This document shows positions 40,802 through 51,764 of a stretch of 64,000 bases of DNA, piece after piece. The translations under genes were made by a program, and so were the position numbers. Position 1 is the stretch's first letter; each line of letters begins with the position of its first letter. The stretch comes from Prevotella sp. Its GTDB lineage: Bacteria; Bacteroidota; Bacteroidia; Bacteroidales; Dysgonomonadaceae. The stretch spans positions 32,001-96,000 of the forward strand of contig JAITVV010000071.1 in NCBI GenBank assembly GCA_031285625.1, in the 5' to 3' direction. The notes beneath the pieces were generated by a model, which had not been told where the DNA came from, searched no databases, and saw only the letters and a program-made list of their open reading frames with translations.

Positions 40802-42322
40802 TTAATAACCAGGATTTTGTTCAAGATTTACATTCAAGTCCAATTCACTCTGAGGTATCGGCCAAATCAATTTATTTTCATTCAATCTGGCTGCATATTC
40901 GTTCTGATGATCGGTACAAGCTCTCATAACCTGAATAAATCTGCCTCTGCGTTTAAGATCCATCCATCTCTTGCCTTCGAATGCAAACTCAAAACGGTTT
41001 TCATTCTCAATAGCCAGACGCATGTTATCTTTGGTTGATGCGGTTGTATTTGGCAGTTTTACACGGGTTCTTACTTTATTCATCTGATTTTTGGCTTCTG
41101 CAATATTGCCTAGTTCATTTTCAGCTTCTGCTAATAATAAGATAGCTTCAGGCAAACGGAACAAAACTATATTTCCTGCTTCCTGTGATCTTAGTTTGTA
41201 GCAATACGGATATTTATTAGATGGCCAGAATTTATCAGTCCATTTACCAGTAACATCTCCAAACGTAATAGATGCATCGCGGCGGACAATATCCCCGGCA
41301 GATGTAAATGCCTTATATAAGTCTTGACTTGGAGTATTGAATTTCTTCCAGTCGATACCATAAAACATTTGTGCACCCCAGTTTCCCAGTGTAGACCAGC
41401 TATTATAATCAACTTCGAATATAGACTCTTTGCAATGTTCGTTTACAAGATTTACACTAGGAAGGACACCATTCGCTGGTGTTTCTGATACTGCAAACAG
41501 GTCATCATAATTATCCATCATGCCATAACGGCTATCATCCACAACAGCTTTAGCGTATTGCTTTACTTTGTTCCAGTCTGTTCCTTCAAATCCGTCTTTA
41601 GTAGCATATACCTGAGCCTGGATCAGATGTACAAGCGCTTTTGTAATTTTGAATTTATCTGTAGAGTAATCCATTACATTTGCCTCAGCATATTCAAGGT
41701 CACTTACGATCTGAGCATAAATATTTTCTACAGTCTCCTTAGTCGGATATAGTAAAGGATATATTTCATCAATGTTTTCCAGACTGATCTCCGGAACATA
41801 TTGTGTAATTAAAGGAACACTTCCATATATTCTTACCAGATTGAAATAGCATATTGCCCTCATAAAATGAGCATCACCTGTTATTTCCGCTCTGCGTTTT
41901 TCTGTTAATGCTGCATCTGTAATTTTAGGTGCCCATTCAATAATTGTATTTGCTTTGGATATATGAGAATAGAGATATCCCCAATCACGTTTTACTCCAC
42001 CATTAGAAGCTGATATCCTCAATTCATCTATTTGAGTTGTCTGGTCTTTATTTTCTCCTGCATACGCATTGTCAGCCTGTGCATCGTTCATAATGTACCA
42101 GTCTAATTGCCAGAATTCATTTGCAAAATCCCCGTAAGCTCCTGTTAATAATTGCTCCATCTGAGTAGCAGTAGTATATTCGGTTGCATTGTCTTTATCT
42201 CCTGACCCCCAGTTCTCATTGGTAAGTTCAGAATCAGGTGATTCGTCAAGGAAACTGCTGCATGACACTAATGCCATACATGCTATAGTTCCGCAAAGGA
42301 TATTTTTTATATTGTATTTCAT
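40802..42322 (-). CDS. susD: SusD/RagB nutrient-uptake lipoprotein
   Basis: Lipobox LVSC; FMRAICYFNLVRIYGSVP, FRLPEAILLLAEA, EFAFEGKRWMDLKR, QNPGY end. Confidence 0.95.
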   Translation of the reverse strand: MKYNIKNILCGTIACMALVSCSSFLDESPDSELTNENWGSGDKDNATEYTTATQMEQLLTGAYGDFANEFWQLDWYIMNDAQADNAYAGENKDQTTQIDELRISASNGGVKRDWGYLYSHISKANTIIEWAPKITDAALTEKRRAEITGDAHFMRAICYFNLVRIYGSVPLITQYVPEISLENIDEIYPLLYPTKETVENIYAQIVSDLEYAEANVMDYSTDKFKITKALVHLIQAQVYATKDGFEGTDWNKVKQYAKAVVDDSRYGMMDNYDDLFAVSETPANGVLPSVNLVNEHCKESIFEVDYNSWSTLGNWGAQMFYGIDWKKFNTPSQDLYKAFTSAGDIVRRDASITFGDVTGKWTDKFWPSNKYPYCYKLRSQEAGNIVLFRLPEAILLLAEAENELGNIAEAKNQMNKVRTRVKLPNTTASTKDNMRLAIENENRFEFAFEGKRWMDLKRRGRFIQVMRACTDHQNEYAARLNENKLIWPIPQSELDLNVNLEQNPGY

Positions 42323-42334
42323 TGTATTCAGTTT

Positions 42335-45319
42335 TTAGAATGTTAGATTAAGACCAAAAATAAATGTGCGCGATTGCGGGTAAGTTCCATAGTCGATACC
42401 AAGCTGAGCTGCATTATTACTGTTGGTCCAGCTTAGTTCTGGGTCATAACCTCTGTATTTTGTCAATGTAAACAGATTATTTACAGTTCCATATACATTT
42501 AGTTTGGAAAGACCTAATGGTTTCAATACTTTTTGACCGAAAGCATAAGATAATGTTAAAGATTTAAGGCGGATGAATGAGCCATCTTCGATAAATCTTG
42601 TAGAGTTCAAGGAATTGCTAAGAACACCTGATCTTGGTACATCAGTAATCATTCCCGGGCGTACCCATCTGTCAAGAACTGTTGTTGTCTGGTTCTTAGA
42701 ATCGAACATACCTTCCGAGTCAATTCTGGAAGCATTGAATATATCATTACCATAAGAACCATTAAAGAATGCACTCAGTGTAAAATTCCTATAAGAGAAG
42801 TTATGCGTAAATCCGAAAGTAAAATCCGGTTGTGCATCACCTATCACGGTTCTGTCTCCTGAGTCGATTACACCATCTTCAGATACACCGCCAACTCCAT
42901 TACCATTCAAGTCTTTATAGATTACATTACCTGTCTCAGGATTAATTCCTTCAGCCACATACCCGTAGAATGAACCTAATGGAAGCCCTTCTTTTATTAT
43001 AATCACATCATCTCCATTGCTTTCTATATTAGCTACAGTAAACTGAGGAGTAAGACCTAATTTGGTAAGCTTATTTTTATTAAATGACATATTTAGTGTT
43101 GCATCCCATTTAAATCCACCAGTAAGGATTTGTCCGTTTACGTTGAATTCGAAGCCTTTATTTACCATTTCGCCGTCATTACGCATTGGTAATGTTGCAC
43201 CAGATGAAGCCGGTGTAGTTATATATAATAACAGGTCTGTAGTTTTTTTATAATAGGCATCAAACTCGGCTGTTAATCGTGAGTTGAATAGTGATAAATC
43301 CAATCCAGCGTTGTATTGGGTTGTAATTTCCCATTTCAGGTCGCGATTCCCCAATCTACCGGGTGTTACAGCCGGTCCTTGTCCTGTGGTTTCCTGTTTA
43401 TTGATATTATATTTATCATAAAAATCATAATCTCCGATACCATTCTGATTACCGTTTCGTCCCCAACCGACTCTTAGCTTGGCATCATCTACAACTGTTG
43501 TTAACGGTTCAAAGAATTTTTCACTTGAGAAACGCCATCCTGCCGATAAAGACGGGAAATATGCCCATTTATGATAAAGTTTGGAAGATCCGTCAGCACG
43601 GAAATTGGCAGTAAATAGATAGCGGCTCTCATAATCATATTGTACTCTGGCAAGGTATGACATCAAGGAGTTACCCTCTTTCTTGGTAGTGGCACTGTTA
43701 ACCTTATTAGCCATATTCAACGTCATTGTTTTATAAGTTGTACCTTTCACGAAGTCTTCAACAGACATATATGAATTATTATGTCTATAGCGTTGCAGAG
43801 TAACACCTCCTAAAGCACTGAAATTATGTTTATCATCAAATTTCTTGCTGTAAGATAAAATGTTCTCACTTTGCCATGTCAGGTAACCATCATCAGCATG
43901 TTCACCACGCCCGTTTGCCTGACGTCCGTATTGAGTTTTTACTGGGTCGATAAATTTATCCCATGTGTGAGAAGTATAATCTACTGAAAATCTAGGCTTG
44001 AAATGTAATCCTTCCAGAATAGTAAAATCCAGTTCCAGATTACCCATGAAACGATATTCCTGATTTTTATCATATGTATTTGCCTGTGCATACGGGTTTT
44101 CCCAAGAAGACTGAAACGGATTAGTCGAATATTGCCCCGGGTTATCAGCATCCCATATTGGCATAAAAGGAGGTGTGTTTATAATAGACATAATAACACC
44201 ACCACGACCTGCATTCTGATTATCAGTAGCATCCATACGCGAATTACGTGCAAAGCTGAGATTTGAGTTTATCTTGAACCAAGACTTGATTTCAGTAGAA
44301 ATGTTAGATCTGAAAGAATATCTGTCATAGTCTGCAGGAGATATAATTCCCTCTTCTTTTTGATAGCCTCCCGATAAATAATAGCTTGTTTTGTCTGTAC
44401 TTCCCGAAAGTGAGATCTGATAGTTTTGTTGAACTCCTGTTCCGTACATCTCTTTAGCCCAGTTGGTATAATTATGGTTTGTGCCATCTACGCTTATTCC
44501 GATTTCATTCATCAAATCATAGTATTGCTTTGTATTCAACGTTTTGATTTGTTTTGTTACATTCGAAAAACCTGCATACATTGACACATCAACCTGAGTT
44601 CTTCCCTTAGCTCCTTTTTTGGTCGTGATAAGGACAACACCGTTTGCTGCACGGCTACCATATATAGCTGCAGACGATGCATCTTTCAATATCTGCATAC
44701 TTTCTATATCGTTTGGCGATAAGTTGGTGATGTCATTAGTAATGATACCATCCACAACATAAATAGGATCATTCCCGGCATTCAGTGAAGTCGCTCCACG
44801 TACACGCACCTGAATACCTACCCCCGGTTTTCCTGAAGGTTGTACAACCTGTACTCCGGCTGCTTTACCTTGCAATGCCTGTTGTGCCGAAATAATTGGC
44901 CTGTCGGCCCATTCATCGGCAGAAACGCTTGCTACGGATGTGGTAAGGTCAGCTTTACGCTGCGTACCATATCCGATAACAATGACTTCTTCCAGTTGTT
45001 TTGATGATTCTTTTAGTTGTACATTTATAGGTCCTGACTTTGCCTGCATTTCAACAGTTTCGAAGCCCATATATGAAAATACCAGAGTTGAATTTTCGGG
45101 TACATTATTTAAGGAATAGGCTCCATCTATATCTGTCATAGTCGCATTAGTAGTTCCTTTTTGAGTCACTGACACTCCAATCAGAGTTTCGCCAGTAGCC
45201 GCATCCGTTACTGTTCCTGTCACCCGTATACTATTCTGTGCGAAGGTGATTCCCGGAAGCAGTAAAGCAATAACAAGACAAATCTTGTATAAGAATTGTT
45301 TACAATTGTTACATTTCAT
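42335..45319 (-). CDS. susC: SusC/RagA TonB-dependent transporter
   Basis: LKDASSAAIYGSRAANGV, LKWEIT, intact C-terminus YPQSRTFIFGLNLTF. Confidence 0.96.
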   Translation of the reverse strand: MKCNNCKQFLYKICLVIALLLPGITFAQNSIRVTGTVTDAATGETLIGVSVTQKGTTNATMTDIDGAYSLNNVPENSTLVFSYMGFETVEMQAKSGPINVQLKESSKQLEEVIVIGYGTQRKADLTTSVASVSADEWADRPIISAQQALQGKAAGVQVVQPSGKPGVGIQVRVRGATSLNAGNDPIYVVDGIITNDITNLSPNDIESMQILKDASSAAIYGSRAANGVVLITTKKGAKGRTQVDVSMYAGFSNVTKQIKTLNTKQYYDLMNEIGISVDGTNHNYTNWAKEMYGTGVQQNYQISLSGSTDKTSYYLSGGYQKEEGIISPADYDRYSFRSNISTEIKSWFKINSNLSFARNSRMDATDNQNAGRGGVIMSIINTPPFMPIWDADNPGQYSTNPFQSSWENPYAQANTYDKNQEYRFMGNLELDFTILEGLHFKPRFSVDYTSHTWDKFIDPVKTQYGRQANGRGEHADDGYLTWQSENILSYSKKFDDKHNFSALGGVTLQRYRHNNSYMSVEDFVKGTTYKTMTLNMANKVNSATTKKEGNSLMSYLARVQYDYESRYLFTANFRADGSSKLYHKWAYFPSLSAGWRFSSEKFFEPLTTVVDDAKLRVGWGRNGNQNGIGDYDFYDKYNINKQETTGQGPAVTPGRLGNRDLKWEITTQYNAGLDLSLFNSRLTAEFDAYYKKTTDLLLYITTPASSGATLPMRNDGEMVNKGFEFNVNGQILTGGFKWDATLNMSFNKNKLTKLGLTPQFTVANIESNGDDVIIIKEGLPLGSFYGYVAEGINPETGNVIYKDLNGNGVGGVSEDGVIDSGDRTVIGDAQPDFTFGFTHNFSYRNFTLSAFFNGSYGNDIFNASRIDSEGMFDSKNQTTTVLDRWVRPGMITDVPRSGVLSNSLNSTRFIEDGSFIRLKSLTLSYAFGQKVLKPLGLSKLNVYGTVNNLFTLTKYRGYDPELSWTNSNNAAQLGIDYGTYPQSRTFIFGLNLTF

Positions 45320-45685
45320 GATTCTTTAGGTTTAAAAAGTAATTTTGGTTAGTCGATTTATTGAATAATAATGTTGATAAAAGGTTAATTTGCTCACGTC
45401 ATATCATGGTATTTAAAATTTTGAAAAATTAAGTTTGGAAGTATTAATATTTCAAAATTATGGATATAAAGCATCACTGCTTTTTTTTGAGCTAAAAAAG
45501 TAGTGAGTCAGAAGCATTATATAACTAATTATTAAGTAAATAGATATTTTGTAACAGTGTCAAAAAGTAGTGATTTTCCATAAAGATTAATGCATATGAT
45601 GTCAGGCAACCGCAATTCTATGCATCAAAAAAACCGATGAATAAAATCCATCGGTTCCTATAATATTTTAAGAATCTATATAGAA

Positions 45686-46720
45686 TTACATAATTCCTTT
45701 CTCTCTCAACTTCAACTGCCATTTCCATGCAGAATCCATTGTATCCTCAATGTTTTCTTTTGCAGTCCAGCCTAAAACAGTATTGGCATGTTTAGGCTCA
45801 GCCCAGATTTTTTCAATATCACCTTCGCGGCGGCCTACTATCTTGTAGTTTAGTTTTGTACCCGAAACTTTTTCGAATACTCTTATAAGCTCAAGGACTG
45901 AAACACCGCGTCCTGTACCCAGGTTGAATACCTCTACCTTCTCAGGAGACTTGCTTTCCACCATACGGTCGATAGCCACCACATGAGCCTTGGCTAGGTC
46001 TACCACATTGATAAAGTCGCGGATACATGACCCGTCAGGTGTATCATAATCATCACCGAACACACTCAGTTGCTCACGCACACCCATAGCTGTCTGTGTA
46101 ATATATGGCACAAGGTTTTGAGGTACTCCGTTTGGCAACTCACCTATCTCTGCAGTAGGATGCGCACCTATCGGGTTGAAGTAGCGAAGAATGATACTCT
46201 TCACATCTGCTCCCGAACGAACTACATCTTTTATAATTTCTTCATTGATTTGTTTTGTATTACCATAAGGTGATTCGGCAGGTTTGATTGGTGCAGTCTC
46301 ATCAATCGGGTTTTTATCCGGCTCTCCGTAAACAGTACAGGATGAAGAGAATACAATATTCTTTACTCCAAACTGTGGCATCAAATCAAGCAGATTCATC
46401 AGTGAATTCAGGTTGTTTCTGTAATACAACAGCGGCTTTTGTACCGATTCGCCTACTGCTTTGCTTGCAGCAAAGTGGATAATTCCTTTAATATCAGGAT
46501 GAGCAGTAAACAGTTTTCTCAATCCTTCAAGGTCGTTACAATCCAGTTTTTCAAAGACAGGACGAATACCTGTAATACGCTCTATGCCATCGATAGAGTC
46601 GGCAGTAGAGTTAGACAGGTCGTCGATGATAACTACAGAATAGCCGGCATTCTGTAATTCTACTACTGTGTGGGAACCGATATATCCGGCACCACCCGTG
46701 ACAAGAATTTTACCTTTCAT
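45686..46720 (-). CDS. galE: UDP-glucose 4-epimerase
   Basis: TGGAGYIGSH, HFAASKAVGES, YGNTK, LRYFNPIGAH. Confidence 0.96.
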   Translation of the reverse strand: MKGKILVTGGAGYIGSHTVVELQNAGYSVVIIDDLSNSTADSIDGIERITGIRPVFEKLDCNDLEGLRKLFTAHPDIKGIIHFAASKAVGESVQKPLLYYRNNLNSLMNLLDLMPQFGVKNIVFSSSCTVYGEPDKNPIDETAPIKPAESPYGNTKQINEEIIKDVVRSGADVKSIILRYFNPIGAHPTAEIGELPNGVPQNLVPYITQTAMGVREQLSVFGDDYDTPDGSCIRDFINVVDLAKAHVVAIDRMVESKSPEKVEVFNLGTGRGVSVLELIRVFEKVSGTKLNYKIVGRREGDIEKIWAEPKHANTVLGWTAKENIEDTMDSAWKWQLKLREKGIM

Positions 46721-46760
46721 TTTTAGTGTTTTTAAATTGAGCTTTAAAGATACAAAATAT

Positions 46761-46795
46761 CAGTTAACAGTTAGCAGTCAACAGTTAACAATTTA
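46761..46795. repeat. Heptamer tandem repeat (CAGTTAA consensus, 5 imperfect units)
   Basis: CAGTTAA CAGTTAG CAGTCAA CAGTTAA CAATTTA. Confidence 0.6.
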
Positions 46796-46869
46796 GGGCA
46801 AACGCATGAAGAATACGCCCATACAGGCCTACCATAATTTTGATATGGATAACAATTTATATTCTGATA

Positions 46870-47934
46870 TTACACTACAGCTTTCTCCATCAATTTTATT
46901 GTCATACTCATAGTATCCAGTTCTGCCTCTATACCTATCGGAAATGTAAAGTTGTTGCTAATATGTCCGAAAGACAAACCATGTACTGCAGGAATATTTA
47001 ACGGCTTAATTCTATCTTCGATTACTTCTCTGAGTGTAAATGAGTTTGGAGCATTTGTCTTTTCTGATATGTCACAATCATTGTTTACACCAAATACAAT
47101 ACCTCTGGCTTTTGCCAGTTCACCGGAGGCTATAAGCTGTGTCAGCATCCTGTCTATCCGGTATGGTTCTTCGCCAACATCTTCTATCATTACTATTTTG
47201 TTCTTCAGGTTAATCTGATAAGGTGTACCCATCATAGCAGAAAATAATGTCAGATTACCACCAACGAGTTCTCCCCGTACTTTTCCAGGAGTAATTGTAT
47301 AGCGTTCATATATTTTCTCGTCAAAAGCTTTAAGTAAATCATCGGAAGAACTTTCGATTGTATATCTGTCTGTTGGGTACATCACCACATCCATAAATTG
47401 CTTCCTGCTATATTCACTATCGAATATCTTGGCCACCGGTCCGTGAAACGTTATCAACCCTGTCTTTCTGTATATGGTATTGATAAGGGCAGTATCGTCA
47501 CTGAATCCCATGATTACCTTTGGGTTTTTCTTGATTGCCTTATAGTCAATCATGTCCAATATCCGTGTACAGCCGTATCCTCCAGCTGCAAAAATAATTC
47601 CCTTTATTTCGGGATTCTTTATCATGTTGTTAAAGTCTTCAGCCCGTTCTTTATCGGTACCGCTAAAATAGCCATGCTTTCCGAGAATCTTATCAGAATA
47701 AAGAGGCTCGAAACCAAGGTGCTGTAAATTTTCGATAGATGACTGCAATGCATCTTCACTTAGTAAATAAGCTGGAGCCGTCATTCCTATTTTATCTCCC
47801 GGGCACAATCTGGCAGCTTTTGTGGTTCTTTTGTTTACTTCGTCTGCTGTGTTGTTCTTTGCTGTCATTATGGTAGGGATTAAAGAAGTGATTGATAATG
47901 CAATTCCAGTATGTAGAAAATTTCTTCTGTTCAT
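46870..47934 (-). CDS. LD-carboxypeptidase (peptidase S66) with Tat-like signal
   Basis: NRRNFL; GGYG, GFSD, GGNL, EDVGE, FGH triad motifs. Confidence 0.92.
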   Translation of the reverse strand: MNRRNFLHTGIALSITSLIPTIMTAKNNTADEVNKRTTKAARLCPGDKIGMTAPAYLLSEDALQSSIENLQHLGFEPLYSDKILGKHGYFSGTDKERAEDFNNMIKNPEIKGIIFAAGGYGCTRILDMIDYKAIKKNPKVIMGFSDDTALINTIYRKTGLITFHGPVAKIFDSEYSRKQFMDVVMYPTDRYTIESSSDDLLKAFDEKIYERYTITPGKVRGELVGGNLTLFSAMMGTPYQINLKNKIVMIEDVGEEPYRIDRMLTQLIASGELAKARGIVFGVNNDCDISEKTNAPNSFTLREVIEDRIKPLNIPAVHGLSFGHISNNFTFPIGIEAELDTMSMTIKLMEKAVV

Positions 47935-48131
47935 ATATAAATTTATATTTTATTATAGAGTTTTTTCCCGCTTTATTGTTCATCCCGAGATTTTGAAAAA
48001 GTGACAAAAGTGACACTTTCTCTCTGTTATTTCATGTTACTTTTTTATCAGGTTAAAATTAATAGTTACTATTAGATAAATTTCCTGCCGAAAGAAAATT
48101 ATCTCTTTCATAGCCAAAGCTAAGAAGGGTA

Positions 48132-48767
48132 TTACTTTTTTGAGAGTTTTTTCTTTTCTTCTTTCATATATACAGATAAAGCCTTGTAAAGATTCTTTTT
48201 CTCCAAATACTTCAAGGCTTTTGGATAATCGGCCACTAAGGATTTTAATGATTCTACAGTAACTGAAGTTAGATCATTATCTCTTACCTGAAAGTGTGTA
48301 ATATACTCTAATCCAGATTCTGGAAAAGCAGCATAAAATTTTACATACCCAACACTATCTGTCCTAAATAACCAATTGGAATCATTATTATAGGGAATTC
48401 CTGAAATATACCCTTGTTTTTGTTTAACAAAGATACTTTTAGTATTCTTAGGATAAATCACCTGTTTCCCATTTTTTCTATCAACTATAACAATGCTATC
48501 AAGAGGAGAGAAAAAAGAGACTTTCATTTTTTTATCAGATACAATAGTTTCACCCGTTAGAGATACAATACCAAACTTATATTTAGCACCTGTTTTCTTT
48601 ATTTGCTTATTCATGCTGATCTGCCACATCATGTTATTCATGAATCGTTGTTGATTCTGTAATTGTGTATTCATGCGGGATATCTGCATATGATGCTGCA
48701 TGGGATTCATCTGTGCCTTACATAATAATGTACAAAAGAGCAAAGTAAGTATGAGTATAGTTTTCAT
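48132..48767 (-). CDS. Secreted hypothetical protein
   Basis: Signal peptide followed by an M/Q/N-rich segment. Confidence 0.65.
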   Translation of the reverse strand: MKTILILTLLFCTLLCKAQMNPMQHHMQISRMNTQLQNQQRFMNNMMWQISMNKQIKKTGAKYKFGIVSLTGETIVSDKKMKVSFFSPLDSIVIVDRKNGKQVIYPKNTKSIFVKQKQGYISGIPYNNDSNWLFRTDSVGYVKFYAAFPESGLEYITHFQVRDNDLTSVTVESLKSLVADYPKALKYLEKKNLYKALSVYMKEEKKKLSKK

Positions 48768-48967
48768 GAATTATATAAAATTTGATGGATGCGGAGCATC
48801 TAACCTCTTGTAGTGTTTTTCAAACTAGATTACAATATCAGACAAATATAAATCTTAAATGAAAACTTGCAAAATTAATACCGATACAAATAAGAAATAT
48901 TTTTCCTATCCCGTAACATACCACTCATAACTCAAAAAAGTATATCTTTGTACCTTAATTTTTTTGT

Positions 48968-49228
48968 ATGAAACGACTTGCGTATTTGACTCTTACTCTA
49001 TTTATTTTCATCTTATTCGGTGCATGCTCTTCTCTTGAGGGAGATGCAAAAAAAGCAGCTGAACTAAATAAGAGATCTATGGATTATGCTAAAGACTCTG
49101 ACTTGCAAAAGGCAGAAGAATTGTATAAAGAATCGCAGGAAATAGTCGATGAATACAGGAAAACAGACGAATACGAAGAATTCCGGAAAGCATATAATAA
49201 ATATATGCTGGATGGAGCTGCAAACTAA
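48968..49228 (+). CDS. Small helical lipoprotein
   Basis: Lipobox FGAC. Confidence 0.7.
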   Translation: MKRLAYLTLTLFIFILFGACSSLEGDAKKAAELNKRSMDYAKDSDLQKAEELYKESQEIVDEYRKTDEYEEFRKAYNKYMLDGAAN

Positions 49229-49252
49229 AAAACTAATATATTCCTATACTAT

Positions 49253-50947
49253 ATGTCTGAGACTAACTTAAACCCGGAAGAACCTAAAAAGAGCCTCAAT
49301 TTTATAGAGGTTGCTGTTGAAAACGATCTAAAAGAAGGAAAGAATGATAGCCGGGTGCAAACCCGATTCCCACCTGAACCTAACGGATACTTGCACATTG
49401 GCCATGCAAAAGCGATCTGTATAGATTTTGGTATAGCTCAAAAATATGGAGGGGTCTGTAATCTTCGCTTCGACGATACTAATCCAGTAAAGGAAGAGGT
49501 AGAATATGTAGATTCCATAATGGAAGATATACAATGGCTGGGATATGACTGGGCTAATGTATACTATGCTTCAGATTACTTTCCTCAGTTATGGGATTTT
49601 GCAGTGCAACTCATCAAGGAAGGTAAAGCCTACATTGACGAGCAATCTGCTGAAGAAATAGCAAAACAAAAAGGTACACCTACCGAACCGGGAACAAACA
49701 GCCCTTATCGTAATCGTCCGATAGAGGAAAGTCTTGATCTTTTTAATAAGATGAATGAGGGAGTTTTTGAAGAGGGAAGTATGGTGCTTCGTGCTAAAAT
49801 AGATATGGCTGCAGCCAATATGCATTTTCGTGACCCTATTATATATCGTATTATTAAGCGTCCGCACCATCGTACAGGAAGTACATGGCAGGCATATCCC
49901 ATGTACGATTTTGCACATGGACAATGTGACTACTTCGAGGGAGTAACCCATTCGCTCTGTACATTGGAATTTGTGCCTCACCGTCCGCTTTACGACTGGT
50001 TTATCGACCAGTTGGCAACCAGCGACTATCGTCCGCATCAGTACGAGTTTAACAAACTACAATTTACCTATACACTATTGAGCAAACGCAATCTGCGTGC
50101 AATGGTAGAAGAAGGTATACTAGATGGCTGGGACGACCCACGTATGCCTACTATCAGCGGATTCCGCCGTAGAGGATATACTCCCGAATCTATCCATATA
50201 CTGATGGATAAAATTGGTTATACAAAATATGACGGAGTAAATGATATTGGTCTGTTCGAATACTCTATCCGCGAAGACCTGAATAAAAAAGCGACCCGGG
50301 TATCGGCTGTACTCAATCCGGTAAAACTGGTTATAACAAATTATCCTGAAGGCAAAACAGAGATAATGCCGGCTCAGAATAATCCCGAAGATGAGAATGC
50401 AGGAAGTCATGAAATATTATTTTCACGCGAACTCTATATTGAGCGTGACGATTTTATGGAAGATGCACCTAAAAAATATTTCCGTCTGACTCCGGGCAAT
50501 GAAGTACGCCTCAAAAACGCTTATATAGTAAAATGTACAGGCTGCAAGAAAGATGAAGCAGGTAACGTTATTGAAGTTTACGCCGAATACGATGAGATGA
50601 CCAAAAGCGGTATGCCTGACAGCGGCCGCAAGGTGAAGGGAACTATTCACTGGGTATCTGAGGAAGGATGCTTCGATGCGGAAGTACGATTGTACGACCG
50701 CTTGTTTATGGTAGAGAACCCTGCAGATGATGAGCGTGATTTCAGGGAATTGTTGAATCCGGACTCATTAAAGGTACTTAAAGGCTGCAAAATGGAGTCT
50801 TACCTGAACGATGCGAAAGAAGGAGACAAATTCCAGTTTCAGCGTACGGGGTATTTCTGTGTGGATAAAGATTCTACACCCGAAAATATGGTATTCAACC
50901 GTACTGTATCATTAAAAGATTCGTGGGCAAAAGCAAAAGATAGATAA
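49253..50947 (+). CDS. glnS: Glutamine--tRNA ligase
   Basis: TRFPPEPNGYLHIGHAK, LSKR, GWDDPRMPT, FQFQRTGYF. Confidence 0.97.
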   Translation: MSETNLNPEEPKKSLNFIEVAVENDLKEGKNDSRVQTRFPPEPNGYLHIGHAKAICIDFGIAQKYGGVCNLRFDDTNPVKEEVEYVDSIMEDIQWLGYDWANVYYASDYFPQLWDFAVQLIKEGKAYIDEQSAEEIAKQKGTPTEPGTNSPYRNRPIEESLDLFNKMNEGVFEEGSMVLRAKIDMAAANMHFRDPIIYRIIKRPHHRTGSTWQAYPMYDFAHGQCDYFEGVTHSLCTLEFVPHRPLYDWFIDQLATSDYRPHQYEFNKLQFTYTLLSKRNLRAMVEEGILDGWDDPRMPTISGFRRRGYTPESIHILMDKIGYTKYDGVNDIGLFEYSIREDLNKKATRVSAVLNPVKLVITNYPEGKTEIMPAQNNPEDENAGSHEILFSRELYIERDDFMEDAPKKYFRLTPGNEVRLKNAYIVKCTGCKKDEAGNVIEVYAEYDEMTKSGMPDSGRKVKGTIHWVSEEGCFDAEVRLYDRLFMVENPADDERDFRELLNPDSLKVLKGCKMESYLNDAKEGDKFQFQRTGYFCVDKDSTPENMVFNRTVSLKDSWAKAKDR

Positions 50948-51037
50948 ACTAATCACTTATATATATGAGATTTGCGTTCTTTACGTTAATAAAAACAAGC
51001 GTAAAGAACGCATTTTTAACTTAACAACTTTACAATT

Positions 51038-51748
51038 ATGAAGTACCTGACGACACTAGCTTTAGCAGTACTGGCATTTTTTGGCTGTAACAAAAAAACT
51101 GACTCATCCGGCGATAGCGAATGGATAAACAAAAAAAATCTGACTATGAATGAAATTATAGAACATGTTATGTCAGATATCGAAAAGGCCGAGTCGTTTA
51201 AATATACTTCTGCAAACAGCACTAATGTAAATTTTTATGGAGGACAGAAGACCAATACATTTCTGCTCGACAAAAAAGGAAATGCTTTTTCAAGCAGGAA
51301 CCGCGAACAAAATTTCCGGATAGACGGGAAAATGTATACCCGCAAAACAGGCCTCAAAGAAGAAGGGCTTGTAGCCACAGTAATATCAGATGTACTGGAT
51401 AAATCCATTCTGGACGAAACATACTTTGAAAGAAATATACCTTATGTGAAACAAAATGGGGTTGTAAATGTAAAAATGCTGAAAAAATGCCGTATAACGA
51501 CTTCTGTCTCAGGAAATACACTCACCATAAAAACTACAGACTTTGATAAAATAGATGCTAAAGACACCAACTTGCTGACAGATATAACAATTACATATAC
51601 CCCTAATAAAGAAGTTATCCACAAGGGCACATATCTAAAAGACGGCAAAACCATTATCACTACTTATTCTTTCTATATCAATCCCGATGAAGAAGTCAAG
51701 TTACCTAAGTTGATGAAGCTGGGAGAAATATTATCTCCTGTAGAATAA
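51038..51748 (+). CDS. Lipoprotein of unknown function
   Basis: Lipobox FFGC. Confidence 0.7.
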   Translation: MKYLTTLALAVLAFFGCNKKTDSSGDSEWINKKNLTMNEIIEHVMSDIEKAESFKYTSANSTNVNFYGGQKTNTFLLDKKGNAFSSRNREQNFRIDGKMYTRKTGLKEEGLVATVISDVLDKSILDETYFERNIPYVKQNGVVNVKMLKKCRITTSVSGNTLTIKTTDFDKIDAKDTNLLTDITITYTPNKEVIHKGTYLKDGKTIITTYSFYINPDEEVKLPKLMKLGEILSPVE

Positions 51749-51764
51749 GCAAATATTATAATAA

